Virus record (IMG/VR): IMGVR_UViG_3300002168_000007
Location: 1-41,175 of that record
Length of the DNA: 41,175 nucleotides
Reading direction: 5' to 3' (one strand)
DNA from: a virus
Of this stretch, positions 7,289 to 14,422 are shown one piece after another. The notes beneath the pieces were generated by a model. The model saw only the letters and a list, made by a program, of their open reading frames with translations, did not search any database and was not told the DNA's origin. The translations under genes and the position numbers were made by a program. The number at the start of each line of letters is the position of its first letter. Within the stretch, counting starts at the first letter, position 1.

Positions 7289-8044
7289 TCACTCCTTTAT
7301 GTCTCTTAATCTGTAGCTATATTGTTTTCCTTCAAAAGTAACTATATTATTTCCACACATTTCTAATATTCTTCCTGCCAGTGCTTCATCTAGTTCTATA
7401 AGCTGTTGTGGCAGCAATTCAGTACTTATTACTGTAGAAAGCATATTGTTATATCTATAATTAATAATGCTGTATATGTGCTTTATATCGCTTTCTGACA
7501 ATGTGCCAACTAACTTACCATTTTTTACTTTGTCTTTAAATAAATCATCAATTATTAATAATTTTGCATTGTAGTATTTTCCTATAAGCCTTAAGTAGTA
7601 TTCATTATCCATACTGTTAGCCTTTAATTCTCTTATAATCTCCAGGTAAGGCATATAAATAACTGCTATACCTTTTTCTAATAAAGCTGCCCCTATACCT
7701 ATAGATAAATGAGATTTCCCTGCTCCAGGATTACCTGCGAATAATATTGACTTTGTAGGTTCGTATGTTTTTATATAATTTACTGCCATTTCTTTTGCTT
7801 TTTTTCTAGTATCATTATTAACAATATATTGATTAATCTTTTTTACTTTTGAAGGGTCTAGTCCAAATCTTCTCCAACTCTCTATATTTTCTTGTTTTAT
7901 TCTACAAGCACATTTTTTATATGCACTCTTTTCTCCAATACCTGTAACAATCCAACCTGTATCACGGCATATTTCACAATTATGCTTTATGTTTTTCTTT
8001 TGTGCTTTGCTTCTTAATACTTTTAATTGATCTACTAGTTCCAT
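7289..8044 (-). CDS. DnaC/IstB-like AAA+ helicase loader (251 aa from the ATG at 8044; the ORF track extends to 8119)
   Basis: Walker A GNPGAGKSHL, Walker B LLIIDDL, N-terminal CEICRDTGW...CAC zinc motif. GGGGTGAGGA SD precedes the ATG at 8044, just after the upstream stop. Confidence 0.8.
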   Translation of the reverse strand: MELVDQLKVLRSKAQKKNIKHNCEICRDTGWIVTGIGEKSAYKKCACRIKQENIESWRRFGLDPSKVKKINQYIVNNDTRKKAKEMAVNYIKTYEPTKSILFAGNPGAGKSHLSIGIGAALLEKGIAVIYMPYLEIIRELKANSMDNEYYLRLIGKYYNAKLLIIDDLFKDKVKNGKLVGTLSESDIKHIYSIINYRYNNMLSTVISTELLPQQLIELDEALAGRILEMCGNNIVTFEGKQYSYRLRDIKE

Positions 8045-8054
8045 ATCCTCACCC

Positions 8055-8894
8055 CTAAAAATCAATATCTTCAAATTCTGCATTGTATTTAGCAATATTT
8101 TCTTCACTAAATTGTTCATTTATTTCTTGCTTTAGTTTTTTGTATTCTTCCTTTGAAAAATTATTTAACTCTTCTTTTTGACTTCTATTGCCATAAGAGT
8201 TGTAATTATTTTTTTTAGGAAATACAGATAACCAACAATTACATATACTTTCTTCTAACCTCTCTATCTTTTCTGTATCATTTGTTGCTAAGGTATCTAA
8301 CTTCTTCAATAAAGTTTTTAAGGCTCTATCTGTCATTGGTTTCTTTTGTGACTTTCTCATTTTTAAGAAGTCTTGTAGTGTTTCTACTAATTCAAAGTTA
8401 GAAGTATAAGTGTTAATTATTTCATCTAATGCAGATGCTTTTTTCTTTTTCTCTTTTTTATTACCTATACTATCCTTACCTATACTATCCTTACCTATAC
8501 TATCCTTACCTATGCCGTCCATTGGTTGTCCTTGGGACGTCCCACTATCTTTTTTTCTATCTGCTCTTTCCTTAGATTCTAATAATTCTACATCTGGATT
8601 AACTTGTAATAATATATTTTTATATATTGAATCTACTTTCCTATCTGCTCTTATTTTGTTGTGTTCTTGCCAATCAACTATAAAACTTACTAAATCTTCA
8701 TTAAGTATTGTTATATATCCTTTAGATACTAATACTCTTAAATCATCTTCTGTTGCTCCTGTCATTCTTAAAGTTGTAAATGCTTCTACAACACCATCAT
8801 CATCTGCTCTCATTCCTAGATCATAATATAGAAGGCGAGAAGAAGAAGGCATCTTTAAGAATTTAGCAGATTCTATTATTTTTAATGAAAACAT
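8055..8894 (-). CDS. Replication initiator / replisome organiser with a winged-helix-like N-terminus
   Basis: N-terminal AKFLKMPSSSRLLYYDLGMRADDDGVV... resembles RepA_N/replisome-organiser domains. Sits directly upstream of the DnaC-like loader and contains tandem iterons. Confidence 0.65.
   Translation of the reverse strand: MFSLKIIESAKFLKMPSSSRLLYYDLGMRADDDGVVEAFTTLRMTGATEDDLRVLVSKGYITILNEDLVSFIVDWQEHNKIRADRKVDSIYKNILLQVNPDVELLESKERADRKKDSGTSQGQPMDGIGKDSIGKDSIGKDSIGNKKEKKKKASALDEIINTYTSNFELVETLQDFLKMRKSQKKPMTDRALKTLLKKLDTLATNDTEKIERLEESICNCWLSVFPKKNNYNSYGNRSQKEELNNFSKEEYKKLKQEINEQFSEENIAKYNAEFEDIDF
8461..8520. repeat. Tandem 15-bp iterons (3 perfect, 1 degenerate) inside the initiator gene. 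Candidate ori.
   Basis: ttacctatactatcc x3 (8461, 8476, 8491), then ttacctatgccgtcc (8506). Encodes GKDSIGKDSIGKDSIG. Confidence 0.8.
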
Positions 8895-8915
8895 TCTCCT
8901 TTGTGCGATAAGTCA

Positions 8916-9041
8916 TCACTCCTTTAATAGTTTCTCAACTTCTAAAGCCTTGTCGTAAGGGATAAGGGTATACCCCATATTCCCTACAACAACTTTTATA
9001 AATATTCTTCCGTTTATTTTTAGCGGTATATGTTTAATCAT
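8916..9041 (-). CDS. Small ORF (41 aa, MIKHIPLKINGRIFIKVVVGN...), not in ORF track
   Basis: ATGA overlap with the ERF stop. Fills the gap to the initiator gene. Confidence 0.4.
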   Translation of the reverse strand: MIKHIPLKINGRIFIKVVVGNMGYTLIPYDKALEVEKLLKE

Positions 9042-9631
9042 TTATTACCACTCTCTTTTACTTGGCAATTCATACATAAAACCTTTTTGAACTTGTTATA
9101 TGAAAATTTTGCTATCTTTTCAGTTACTTCTTTACCGCAGTTTTTGCAGCTATAAGTTTTGTTGCCGGTATTATTATTTACTGCTTTATTTTGTGTTCTG
9201 TTAGAAGTATCTCTAGCATCAGGATCATCACCGTCTGTTGGTGCTTGAAAGAACTTCAATATAAAATATCTCTCACTGTAAGTTAAGGCACTACCAAAAC
9301 TTTTTGATATATCATCTTGTGCACCGTAGTATTTCCAATTAACCTTTATGACTTCTTCTGGATTTTCAGCATTAACCCATGTATAAATCATGTCACCATT
9401 TACAATAAAATCTGTTTTTTCTTCGTCTTTACTATTTTTGTAATTAAAAGTTTCAGTATGGTCTACACCCACACATTCTGGAATTAAAAGAACTCCTAAT
9501 TCATCCATCTTAGTCCTAATCTTTCTTATAGCTTGGCTACCACTTACATATTGGTATCTGTACCCTTTAGTATCCTTACAAAAATCTATAACATCTTTTC
9601 TTATTTCAATTAATTTTTGTTGTAAATTCAT
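9038..9631 (-). CDS. ERF-family single-strand annealing recombinase with a C-terminal zinc ribbon
   Basis: SKSFGSALTYSERYFILKFF matches the ERF core motif. C-terminal CKNCGKEV...CMNC. SD TAGGAGGA. Confidence 0.75.
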   Translation of the reverse strand: MNLQQKLIEIRKDVIDFCKDTKGYRYQYVSGSQAIRKIRTKMDELGVLLIPECVGVDHTETFNYKNSKDEEKTDFIVNGDMIYTWVNAENPEEVIKVNWKYYGAQDDISKSFGSALTYSERYFILKFFQAPTDGDDPDARDTSNRTQNKAVNNNTGNKTYSCKNCGKEVTEKIAKFSYNKFKKVLCMNCQVKESGNK

Positions 9632-9640
9632 AATATCCTC

Positions 9641-10123
9641 CTATCTTATCCTTAGACTTTCGCTTTGCTTTAAAATTGCACCTTGTACGTCTTTACCGTT
9701 TTTAAGGTCTTGTAATATAGCTTTCTTATCTAAAGTCTCTGTAAGTACCTTGTAGTCGCTAGAAATGATATTTGCATTAGTTATTTCTGCACTAGGTGAA
9801 TTTTTTACAATATTGAATGAGAAAGTACCAGATTTAAATTTAGTTTTGCCTGTCATTTTCATATTATCTTCAAGATATTGCTTTAATCTTTTATTACTGT
9901 TTTCTAAAGCCTTTCTACGTTCTGAAAGTCTCTTTTCTTCTTCCTTAAATGCTTTTATATCAGCTTCATTGTTTTTTAATATCTTAGCTATATTTTCAGC
10001 CTTGTCCTCAATTTCTTCTCCTAAAGAATTTAATACTGCTACAAGTTCCTCGTTATCTTCTCCGTTTTCTAAAAGATATTCAATGTTTTTATATCCTGTA
10101 GATAATTCGTAAAGCTTTGCCAT
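9641..10123 (-). CDS. Siphovirus Gp157-like protein (commonly paired with phage recombinases)
   Basis: N-terminal MAKLYELSTGYKNIEYLLENGEDNEE and a coiled-coil body typical of the Gp157 family. Immediately upstream of ERF. Confidence 0.6.
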   Translation of the reverse strand: MAKLYELSTGYKNIEYLLENGEDNEELVAVLNSLGEEIEDKAENIAKILKNNEADIKAFKEEEKRLSERRKALENSNKRLKQYLEDNMKMTGKTKFKSGTFSFNIVKNSPSAEITNANIISSDYKVLTETLDKKAILQDLKNGKDVQGAILKQSESLRIR

Positions 10124-10509
10124 TATTTATCACCTTCTTTATAGAATTTATAAATATTCCAATATTCGTATTTATCAGTTGTAAAGCTTGTTTTGCCATC
10201 CTCCCAACAATACACGACACCACTTGAATAATTCTTAAAATGTCTCTTATGCCATTCATCTTTAATATCTTTTTTTACTAATATTTTTGTATCAATAGGT
10301 ATTTCATTCCATTTTATATCCTTTTCATATTCTTCAAATTCTAAAGTTACTATTCCATAACTGTTGTAAAATGAAGTTATATCTGTGTCTAGGTCGTTTT
10401 TTAAATAAAAACAATCTCCTTCATTTACGACTTCCCATATATTATTGTGTGAAATTTCTCTATAGACTTTGCCTATATTTTCTTCTTTTAAAATTTCCCA
10501 AAGTTTCAT
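10123..10509 (-). CDS. Hypothetical protein, paralogue B of 10736..11125 (128 aa)
   Basis: Shares MK-WEI-K-EN, IWEV, LEFEE, P-DTKILV, W--RHF--Y, WN--K-YKEG with paralogue A. Confidence 0.7.
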   Translation of the reverse strand: MKLWEILKEENIGKVYREISHNNIWEVVNEGDCFYLKNDLDTDITSFYNSYGIVTLEFEEYEKDIKWNEIPIDTKILVKKDIKDEWHKRHFKNYSSGVVYCWEDGKTSFTTDKYEYWNIYKFYKEGDK

Positions 10510-10736
10510 TCTTCAACCTCCAATACTCTTGATAATTCGTAGTGATAATCTTTAACTGTATTTTGTGTAGCTGTTGTAGTACCTTTTAAGTCTGTAATAT
10601 CGTTTCTAATATCGCTTATATTCTCTCTCATAATGTTTAAATATCCCTCTATGACCTTAATATTAAGCTCTAACTGGTCTATATTGCTTGTTAGAGTGTC
10701 TGCAATATCTTTGTATTTTCTTGCTTGCCAAGCCAT
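10506..10736 (-). CDS. Small coiled-coil protein (76 aa) sandwiched between the paralogues
   Basis: ORF track. Start and stop overlaps on both sides (TAATG / ATGA). Confidence 0.6.
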   Translation of the reverse strand: MAWQARKYKDIADTLTSNIDQLELNIKVIEGYLNIMRENISDIRNDITDLKGTTTATQNTVKDYHYELSRVLEVEE

Positions 10737-11125
10737 TATTCTTCACCTTCTTTGTAGAGTTTTGCATAGTTCCAAGATACACACCCATCTTTTTGGGAAT
10801 AACTAGTAGTACCTTTATTCCAAGCTAAAACCTTACCCTTCATATATTTAGCAAAGTGTCTACGTTCCCATATGTCGTCTTCACTATCTCTAACTAATAT
10901 CTTTGTATCAACTGGAACCTCAGACCAATCTACAACTTCTTCAAAGTCAAGTTCTGCTATTTCAGATAGAGTATATAATTTCCAAATATAACCCCCATTG
11001 TCAGTTACTAAATCACATGTTGTTTTATATGGAGTTCTTTCTACAAATACTTCCCATATATACCCATTGCTATCCTTAAATTTACTTTTTGAATTTTCTT
11101 GTTTACATATCTCCCAAGCTTTCAT
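10736..11125 (-). CDS. Hypothetical protein, paralogue A (129 aa)
   Basis: ORF track. SD TAGGAGGT lies 6 nt upstream. Confidence 0.7.
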   Translation of the reverse strand: MKAWEICKQENSKSKFKDSNGYIWEVFVERTPYKTTCDLVTDNGGYIWKLYTLSEIAELDFEEVVDWSEVPVDTKILVRDSEDDIWERRHFAKYMKGKVLAWNKGTTSYSQKDGCVSWNYAKLYKEGEE

Positions 11126-11187
11126 TTAAATACCTCCTAATGAATCCTTTTACCATACCATGTTTTAATATTTCTCTTCTTATCCTT

Positions 11188-11298
11188 TTATCTTTTAGTT
11201 ACATAGTCCATAAATTCATCATCTTTTTTCTTAGCTTTTAAAGCTTTTCTCTTTTGTAAGTCTTGATAAGTTTTTAGTGCAAGTTCTTTAGTATCCAC
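11188..11298 (-). CDS. Possible small basic ORF (36 aa, GTG start)
   Basis: AAGGAG lies 8 nt upstream of the GTG. Hand translation VDTKELALKTYQDLQKRKALKAKKKDDEFMDYVTKR. Confidence 0.3.
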   Translation of the reverse strand: MDTKELALKTYQDLQKRKALKAKKKDDEFMDYVTKR

Positions 11299-11310
11299 AG
11301 CGATCACTCC

Positions 11311-11339
11311 TTGTTTTAAATTTAAAGTTGTGTTATAAT
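11311..11339 (+). promoter_or_regulatory. Plus-strand (antisense) promoter TTGTTT-17-TGtTATAAT
   Basis: TTGTTT at 11311-11316, a 17-nt spacer, and an extended -10 TGT-TATAAT at 11331-11339. Confidence 0.45.
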
Positions 11340-11345
11340 CTCATT

Positions 11346-11398
11346 GAATTATTTTGTGTGTGCTTAGCTATTGGCGGATAGTTAGGCATTTTCTTTTA
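11346..11398 (+). ncRNA. Candidate ~50-nt antisense sRNA (OOP-like), complementary to the 3' end of the AbrB-like gene and the downstream spacer
   Basis: The promoter above is followed by the hairpin GCTTAGCTAT-tggcgg-ATAGTTAGGC (11362-11387). Two G-U pairs form only on the plus strand. Then ATTTTCTTTT. Confidence 0.35.
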
Positions 11399-11630
11399 TG
11401 TCTTGTAAACAATCTTTGCAAATTAATTTGCCCCTAAAATTAATTACAGCTTTAGCTTCTTTACAGAATATACAACATGGTTCATATTTCTTTAATATGA
11501 TTTTGTCGTCTTCAGTATAGATTTCTAATACTGTCTCCTTTTCTTTCATACCGTACATGTCTCTTAATTCCTTTGGTAAAACAATCCTTCCTAATTGATC
11601 TAATCTACGCGCTATTCCTATTGACTTCAT
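11382..11630 (-). CDS. AbrB/SpoVT-family DNA-binding protein with a C-terminal Cys4 zinc-ribbon-like tail
   Basis: N-terminal GIARRLDQLGRIVLPKELR is the swapped-hairpin AbrB motif. C-terminal CCIFC...CKDC. Confidence 0.8.
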   Translation of the reverse strand: MKSIGIARRLDQLGRIVLPKELRDMYGMKEKETVLEIYTEDDKIILKKYEPCCIFCKEAKAVINFRGKLICKDCLQDIKENA

Positions 11631-11632
11631 AA

Positions 11633-12292
11633 TTAAACAACTCCTTTTATTTTTATTGATGGTCTACCCATCTTAACTTTTTTTAGATAACCTAACTCTC
11701 TAGTTCTATATATAATTGCTTCTAGTTCACTAGGTGTTAAGTTTAAAGCTTTTGAAATATCCTTTCTTTTATGACCTAACTCTACATATTCAATAACACT
11801 TAATATTGTTTCTTTTGAATGTTTTGAATCTCTAATATAGTTTTCAAAGCCTTTTTTATCTTTCTTAGGTTCAATATTATGTTTTGGTTCACAATACTCA
11901 TTCATGTACTTATTAAACAAATGACTTGCTTCTTCATAAGATGTATTTAAACTATCTGCTACATATTGTTTTAAACTAGATATAACTACTGTTTGATTAG
12001 TCTCTATAAGTGCTAAAATATCTTCTTCATTCCTTAACTCAACTTTATAGCCTACATTTCTATGTGTGTTTTCTGCTTTCTTTTTTTGTGTTTGAGGAAA
12101 CTCTATGCCATATCTTTTTTGAAAAGTATTTTTTATATGGCCTACTGATCCAGCTAATAAATTTGTTTCCTTACCTATCTCTCTATAACTTTTACCTTCT
12201 AGTAGTAAAGTAACTATAGTAGTTAATTTTTCTTTACTAAATTTAACTTTATTACAGCAACAATAATCAATAATACATTCATCTATTGTCAT
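11633..12292 (-). CDS. Dual-HTH DNA-binding protein (219 aa from the ATG at 12292; the ORF track extends to 12340)
   Basis: LEGKSYREIGKETNLLAGSVGHIKN and KRKDISKALNLTPSELEAIIYR HTH-like segments. GGGGGTGGA SD and a TAATG junction with the upstream mini-ORF. Confidence 0.65.
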   Translation of the reverse strand: MTIDECIIDYCCCNKVKFSKEKLTTIVTLLLEGKSYREIGKETNLLAGSVGHIKNTFQKRYGIEFPQTQKKKAENTHRNVGYKVELRNEEDILALIETNQTVVISSLKQYVADSLNTSYEEASHLFNKYMNEYCEPKHNIEPKKDKKGFENYIRDSKHSKETILSVIEYVELGHKRKDISKALNLTPSELEAIIYRTRELGYLKKVKMGRPSIKIKGVV

Positions 12293-12426
12293 TACATTCC
12301 ACCCCCTAGATAGGCTACAAATTGCCAAAATAGAAACCATGTTTTACTAAAAACTACTAAGAATATTACTCCTAGTCCAAATAATAAAAACCACTCTTTA
12401 ACATCTTCTTTTATTGCTTTTAACAT
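12292..12426 (-). CDS. Mini membrane ORF D (44 aa, MLKAIKEDVKEWFLLFGLGVIFLVVFSKTWFLFWQFVAYLGGGM)
   Basis: GAGGAGGAAG SD lies 4 nt upstream. TAATG coupling at both ends. Hydrophobic core. Confidence 0.55.
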   Translation of the reverse strand: MLKAIKEDVKEWFLLFGLGVIFLVVFSKTWFLFWQFVAYLGGGM

Positions 12427-12530
12427 TATTCTTCCTCCTCGTTATAATCACTTGTATTAAGACATACTGCTATAGATAAGATTCCTAACACTATAAGAAA
12501 TGTAACTATAAAAATAACTATCTTTAACAT
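12426..12530 (-). CDS. Mini membrane ORF C (34 aa, MLKIVIFIVTFLIVLGILSIAVCLNTSDYNEEEE)
   Basis: AAGGAGG SD lies 5 nt upstream. Single TM segment and an acidic tail. Confidence 0.55.
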   Translation of the reverse strand: MLKIVIFIVTFLIVLGILSIAVCLNTSDYNEEEE

Positions 12531-12543
12531 ATAAACCTCCTTA

Positions 12544-12624
12544 TTATTTAAAGTTTCTTATATTAACTAAAACTGCTATGGCTAAGATTAATAACACTAC
12601 AAGTATTGTAAGTACTATATTCAT
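12544..12624 (-). CDS. Mini membrane ORF B (26 aa, MNIVLTILVVLLILAIAVLVNIRNFK)
   Basis: GGGAGGTG SD lies 5 nt upstream. Single TM segment. Confidence 0.5.
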   Translation of the reverse strand: MNIVLTILVVLLILAIAVLVNIRNFK

Positions 12625-12628
12625 TTAA

Positions 12629-12772
12629 TCACCTCCCTATTGCTATATGTGCCACTGGCTCTTTATTAGATTGTTCTATTTCCTTTTCTTCATGTGATAT
12701 TTGCCATTCTAAGAATACGAATAATGCTGCTAGTAGTAAGAAAAATGATATTCTAATTAGTTTCTTTTTCAT
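12629..12772 (-). CDS. Mini membrane ORF A (47 aa, MKKKLIRISFFLLLAALFVFLEW...)
   Basis: GGGGAGG SD lies 6 nt upstream. N-terminal signal/anchor-like segment. Overlaps the end of 12753..13031 out of frame. Confidence 0.55.
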   Translation of the reverse strand: MKKKLIRISFFLLLAALFVFLEWQISHEEKEIEQSNKEPVAHIAIGR

Positions 12773-13031
12773 GAAATTCCTCCCCATCTACAAATAATTG
12801 ATAGAATAATTCATAAAGCATATCAACTACTGCATCATTTCTGCCTATAACTAATTCTTCATTGCCTATGTTGTAGAAAGTTATGCAATCTGTTGTAGGA
12901 TTATAAGAAATCCATCTTTCATCATCTATTGAAAAGCCTCCTTCAATAAAAACATGATCCGCAGTAACTATTTGAGTATCAGCTATCCCTGTTATAACAT
13001 CTACTAACTTATCAAAATTTGTTTTCTTCAT
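12753..13031 (-). CDS. Hypothetical protein (92 aa)
   Basis: ORF track. SD AAAGGAGAG. Confidence 0.65.
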   Translation of the reverse strand: MKKTNFDKLVDVITGIADTQIVTADHVFIEGGFSIDDERWISYNPTTDCITFYNIGNEELVIGRNDAVVDMLYELFYQLFVDGEEFHEKETN

Positions 13032-13045
13032 TATTAATCTCTCCT

Positions 13046-13819
13046 TTAAATTCCGTATTTTATTGCCATTTTACTAACTATAGACACATAGCCTTGTATT
13101 AATTTCTTATCTTCCGCTATAACATCTAGTACATTAACTTTTGCTATTTTAGATTTACTACAACCTTCTAGAGCCATGTTTTTCTTTTTATTAAGTAATC
13201 TTCTGTTTACATCTACTCCATAAGTGCTATTAAGTATCTTGTAACTTTCTTTTCTAATTACTTCTATATGTGTGTATCCTCCAAGCTTAGTTGCTATTTT
13301 ATTAATTATTTTTGTTGTATCTTCTCTCCATTGATTAGGACTTAAAGCAACTAAATCTCTTATATTTTGATTTTCTTCTTTAAGTCCGTTTACTTCTTCT
13401 TTAGTGTTGTTAATTTCAAGTCTTAAAGCTTTCATTTCTTGAAGTGATGATATTAAAACATCTTCGATACATTGTGGTTTGTTTTCTTTAATTCTGAAAT
13501 ATGTTTCAACTAATATGTCATATATTTCCCACGCTTTATCAGTATTTAAAGATTTTGCATGAAGCAAAGCTCCTTTTTCAGTCCATAGATATAAGCTTCT
13601 TACTTTACTCGGATTTTGTATTCCTAAATTTGAGGATTGCAAAAATTCTTTTAATTCTTCGCCTTGTAATAAGAAATAATGCTTTCCTTCTTTATACTTA
13701 TCCTTATTGTTATTAAAATTATTTGAAATAACCTTTTCTGTAGTTCCGTAACTTTCTGCAATAACACTTGTGGTCATAATTCTTTGATTTTTAAATTCTA
13801 ATGGTATTAAATTGCTCAT
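13046..13819 (-). CDS. ORF6N-domain antirepressor-like protein
   Basis: N-terminal FKNQRIMTTSVIAESYGTTEKVISNNFNNNKDKYKEGKHYFLLQGEELKEF matches the ORF6N/KilA-like antirepressor domain. Sits just downstream of the Cro-like gene. Confidence 0.7.
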   Translation of the reverse strand: MSNLIPLEFKNQRIMTTSVIAESYGTTEKVISNNFNNNKDKYKEGKHYFLLQGEELKEFLQSSNLGIQNPSKVRSLYLWTEKGALLHAKSLNTDKAWEIYDILVETYFRIKENKPQCIEDVLISSLQEMKALRLEINNTKEEVNGLKEENQNIRDLVALSPNQWREDTTKIINKIATKLGGYTHIEVIRKESYKILNSTYGVDVNRRLLNKKKNMALEGCSKSKIAKVNVLDVIAEDKKLIQGYVSIVSKMAIKYGI

Positions 13820-13830
13820 ATGTTCTCCTC

Positions 13831-13998
13831 CTACATATTTAAAGTAGCTTTGTAATAGTTAATCATGTTTTGCTTGTAGTCTTTAGTATTCTTAAAAGTA
13901 ACCCCTCCCTTGAATATTCCTTCAACCTTTTTCAATAGTTCTTGTGTCTCGTCATAAGTAAGTTCATTTGTTATGTTTTCTATTTTTTCTTTCATCAT
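13831..13998 (-). CDS. Hypothetical protein (55 aa from the ATG at 13998; the ORF track extends to 14019)
   Basis: AGGGGTG SD precedes the internal ATG ATG. Confidence 0.5.
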   Translation of the reverse strand: MMKEKIENITNELTYDETQELLKKVEGIFKGGVTFKNTKDYKQNMINYYKATLNM

Positions 13999-14197
13999 AT
14001 ACACCCCTTGCAAATTCATAAGACTTCATAATTTCTTCATAACTGCACTTGTATAAGTCCTTCATCTTTAGTAAAATACTCATAGAAGGTAAATACTGAT
14101 ATTGCTCTATTTTATATAAAGCAGATATTGAAATATCTAATTTCTTAGATGCAAATTTAGTAGTTAACCCTTGTTTTTTCCTAAGTTCTTTAAACAA
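13964..14197 (-). CDS. Cro-like XRE-family HTH regulator (start probably the TTG at 14197; the ORF track starts at the GTG at 14206)
   Basis: HTH LTTKFASKKLDISISALYKIEQ. GGAGG lies 8 nt upstream of the TTG. Divergent from the repressor gene. Confidence 0.7.
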   Translation of the reverse strand: MFKELRKKQGLTTKFASKKLDISISALYKIEQYQYLPSMSILLKMKDLYKCSYEEIMKSYEFARGVYDERKNRKHNK

Positions 14198-14230
14198 TTC
14201 TTGCACCTCCTTTCCGTTTGGTATGTCTAT

Positions 14231-14259
14231 ATTATGTCATGATTTGAGACAATGTTCAA
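14231..14259 (-). promoter_or_regulatory. Early (PR-like) promoter TTGAAC-17-CATAAT with an operator filling the spacer
   Basis: Minus strand: -35 at 14259..14254, -10 at 14236..14231. The spacer contains the 15-bp repeat 14237..14251. Confidence 0.55.
14237..14251. promoter_or_regulatory. Operator copy 1 (tcatgatttgagaca), perfect inverted repeat of 14402..14416
   Basis: The reverse complement equals tgtctcaaatcatga. Confidence 0.75.
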
Positions 14260-14393
14260 GTTCGATTATAAGCTATTTTAAACCATATTTAGTCTTATTA
14301 CATGACATAGTTAAATTAACTCTTCTACATTATTAATTGCTTTCTATAAATTAGAATTTCTTTAAATTTCATTCAAAATAAACATATGTTCTC

Positions 14394-14422
14394 TTTTAAA
14401 ATGTCTCAAATCATGATAATAT
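14394..14422 (+). promoter_or_regulatory. Repressor/integrase promoter candidate TTTTAA-17-TAATAT with the same operator in its spacer
   Basis: -10 TAATAT at 14417-14422. The operator at 14402-14416 lies in the spacer. Weak -35. Confidence 0.45.
14402..14416. promoter_or_regulatory. Operator copy 2 (tgtctcaaatcatga)
   Basis: Perfect 15-bp inverted repeat of 14237..14251. Extra TGTCATG half-sites at 14301-14307 (reverse orientation) and 14429-14436. Confidence 0.75.

Noticed and set aside
8461-8520. The tandem 15-bp repeats as a CRISPR-like array
   Set aside because: The repeats are directly adjacent with no spacers, lie in frame inside a coding sequence, and there are no cas genes. An iteron/ori interpretation fits better.
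8410-8826. Plus-strand ORFs in the six-frame track. Examples: 2305..2499, 6581..6850, 7010..7288, 8410..8826, 9765..10112, 15802..16263 (minus strand, opposite int), 19586..19960, 26680..26970, 27562..27990, 31866..32174, 33569..33988, 34988..35308, 38069..38653.
   Set aside because: All lie antisense to well-supported genes. They are S/L/F/I-rich low-complexity shadow frames typical of AT-rich DNA, and they lack SD sequences and sensible neighbours.
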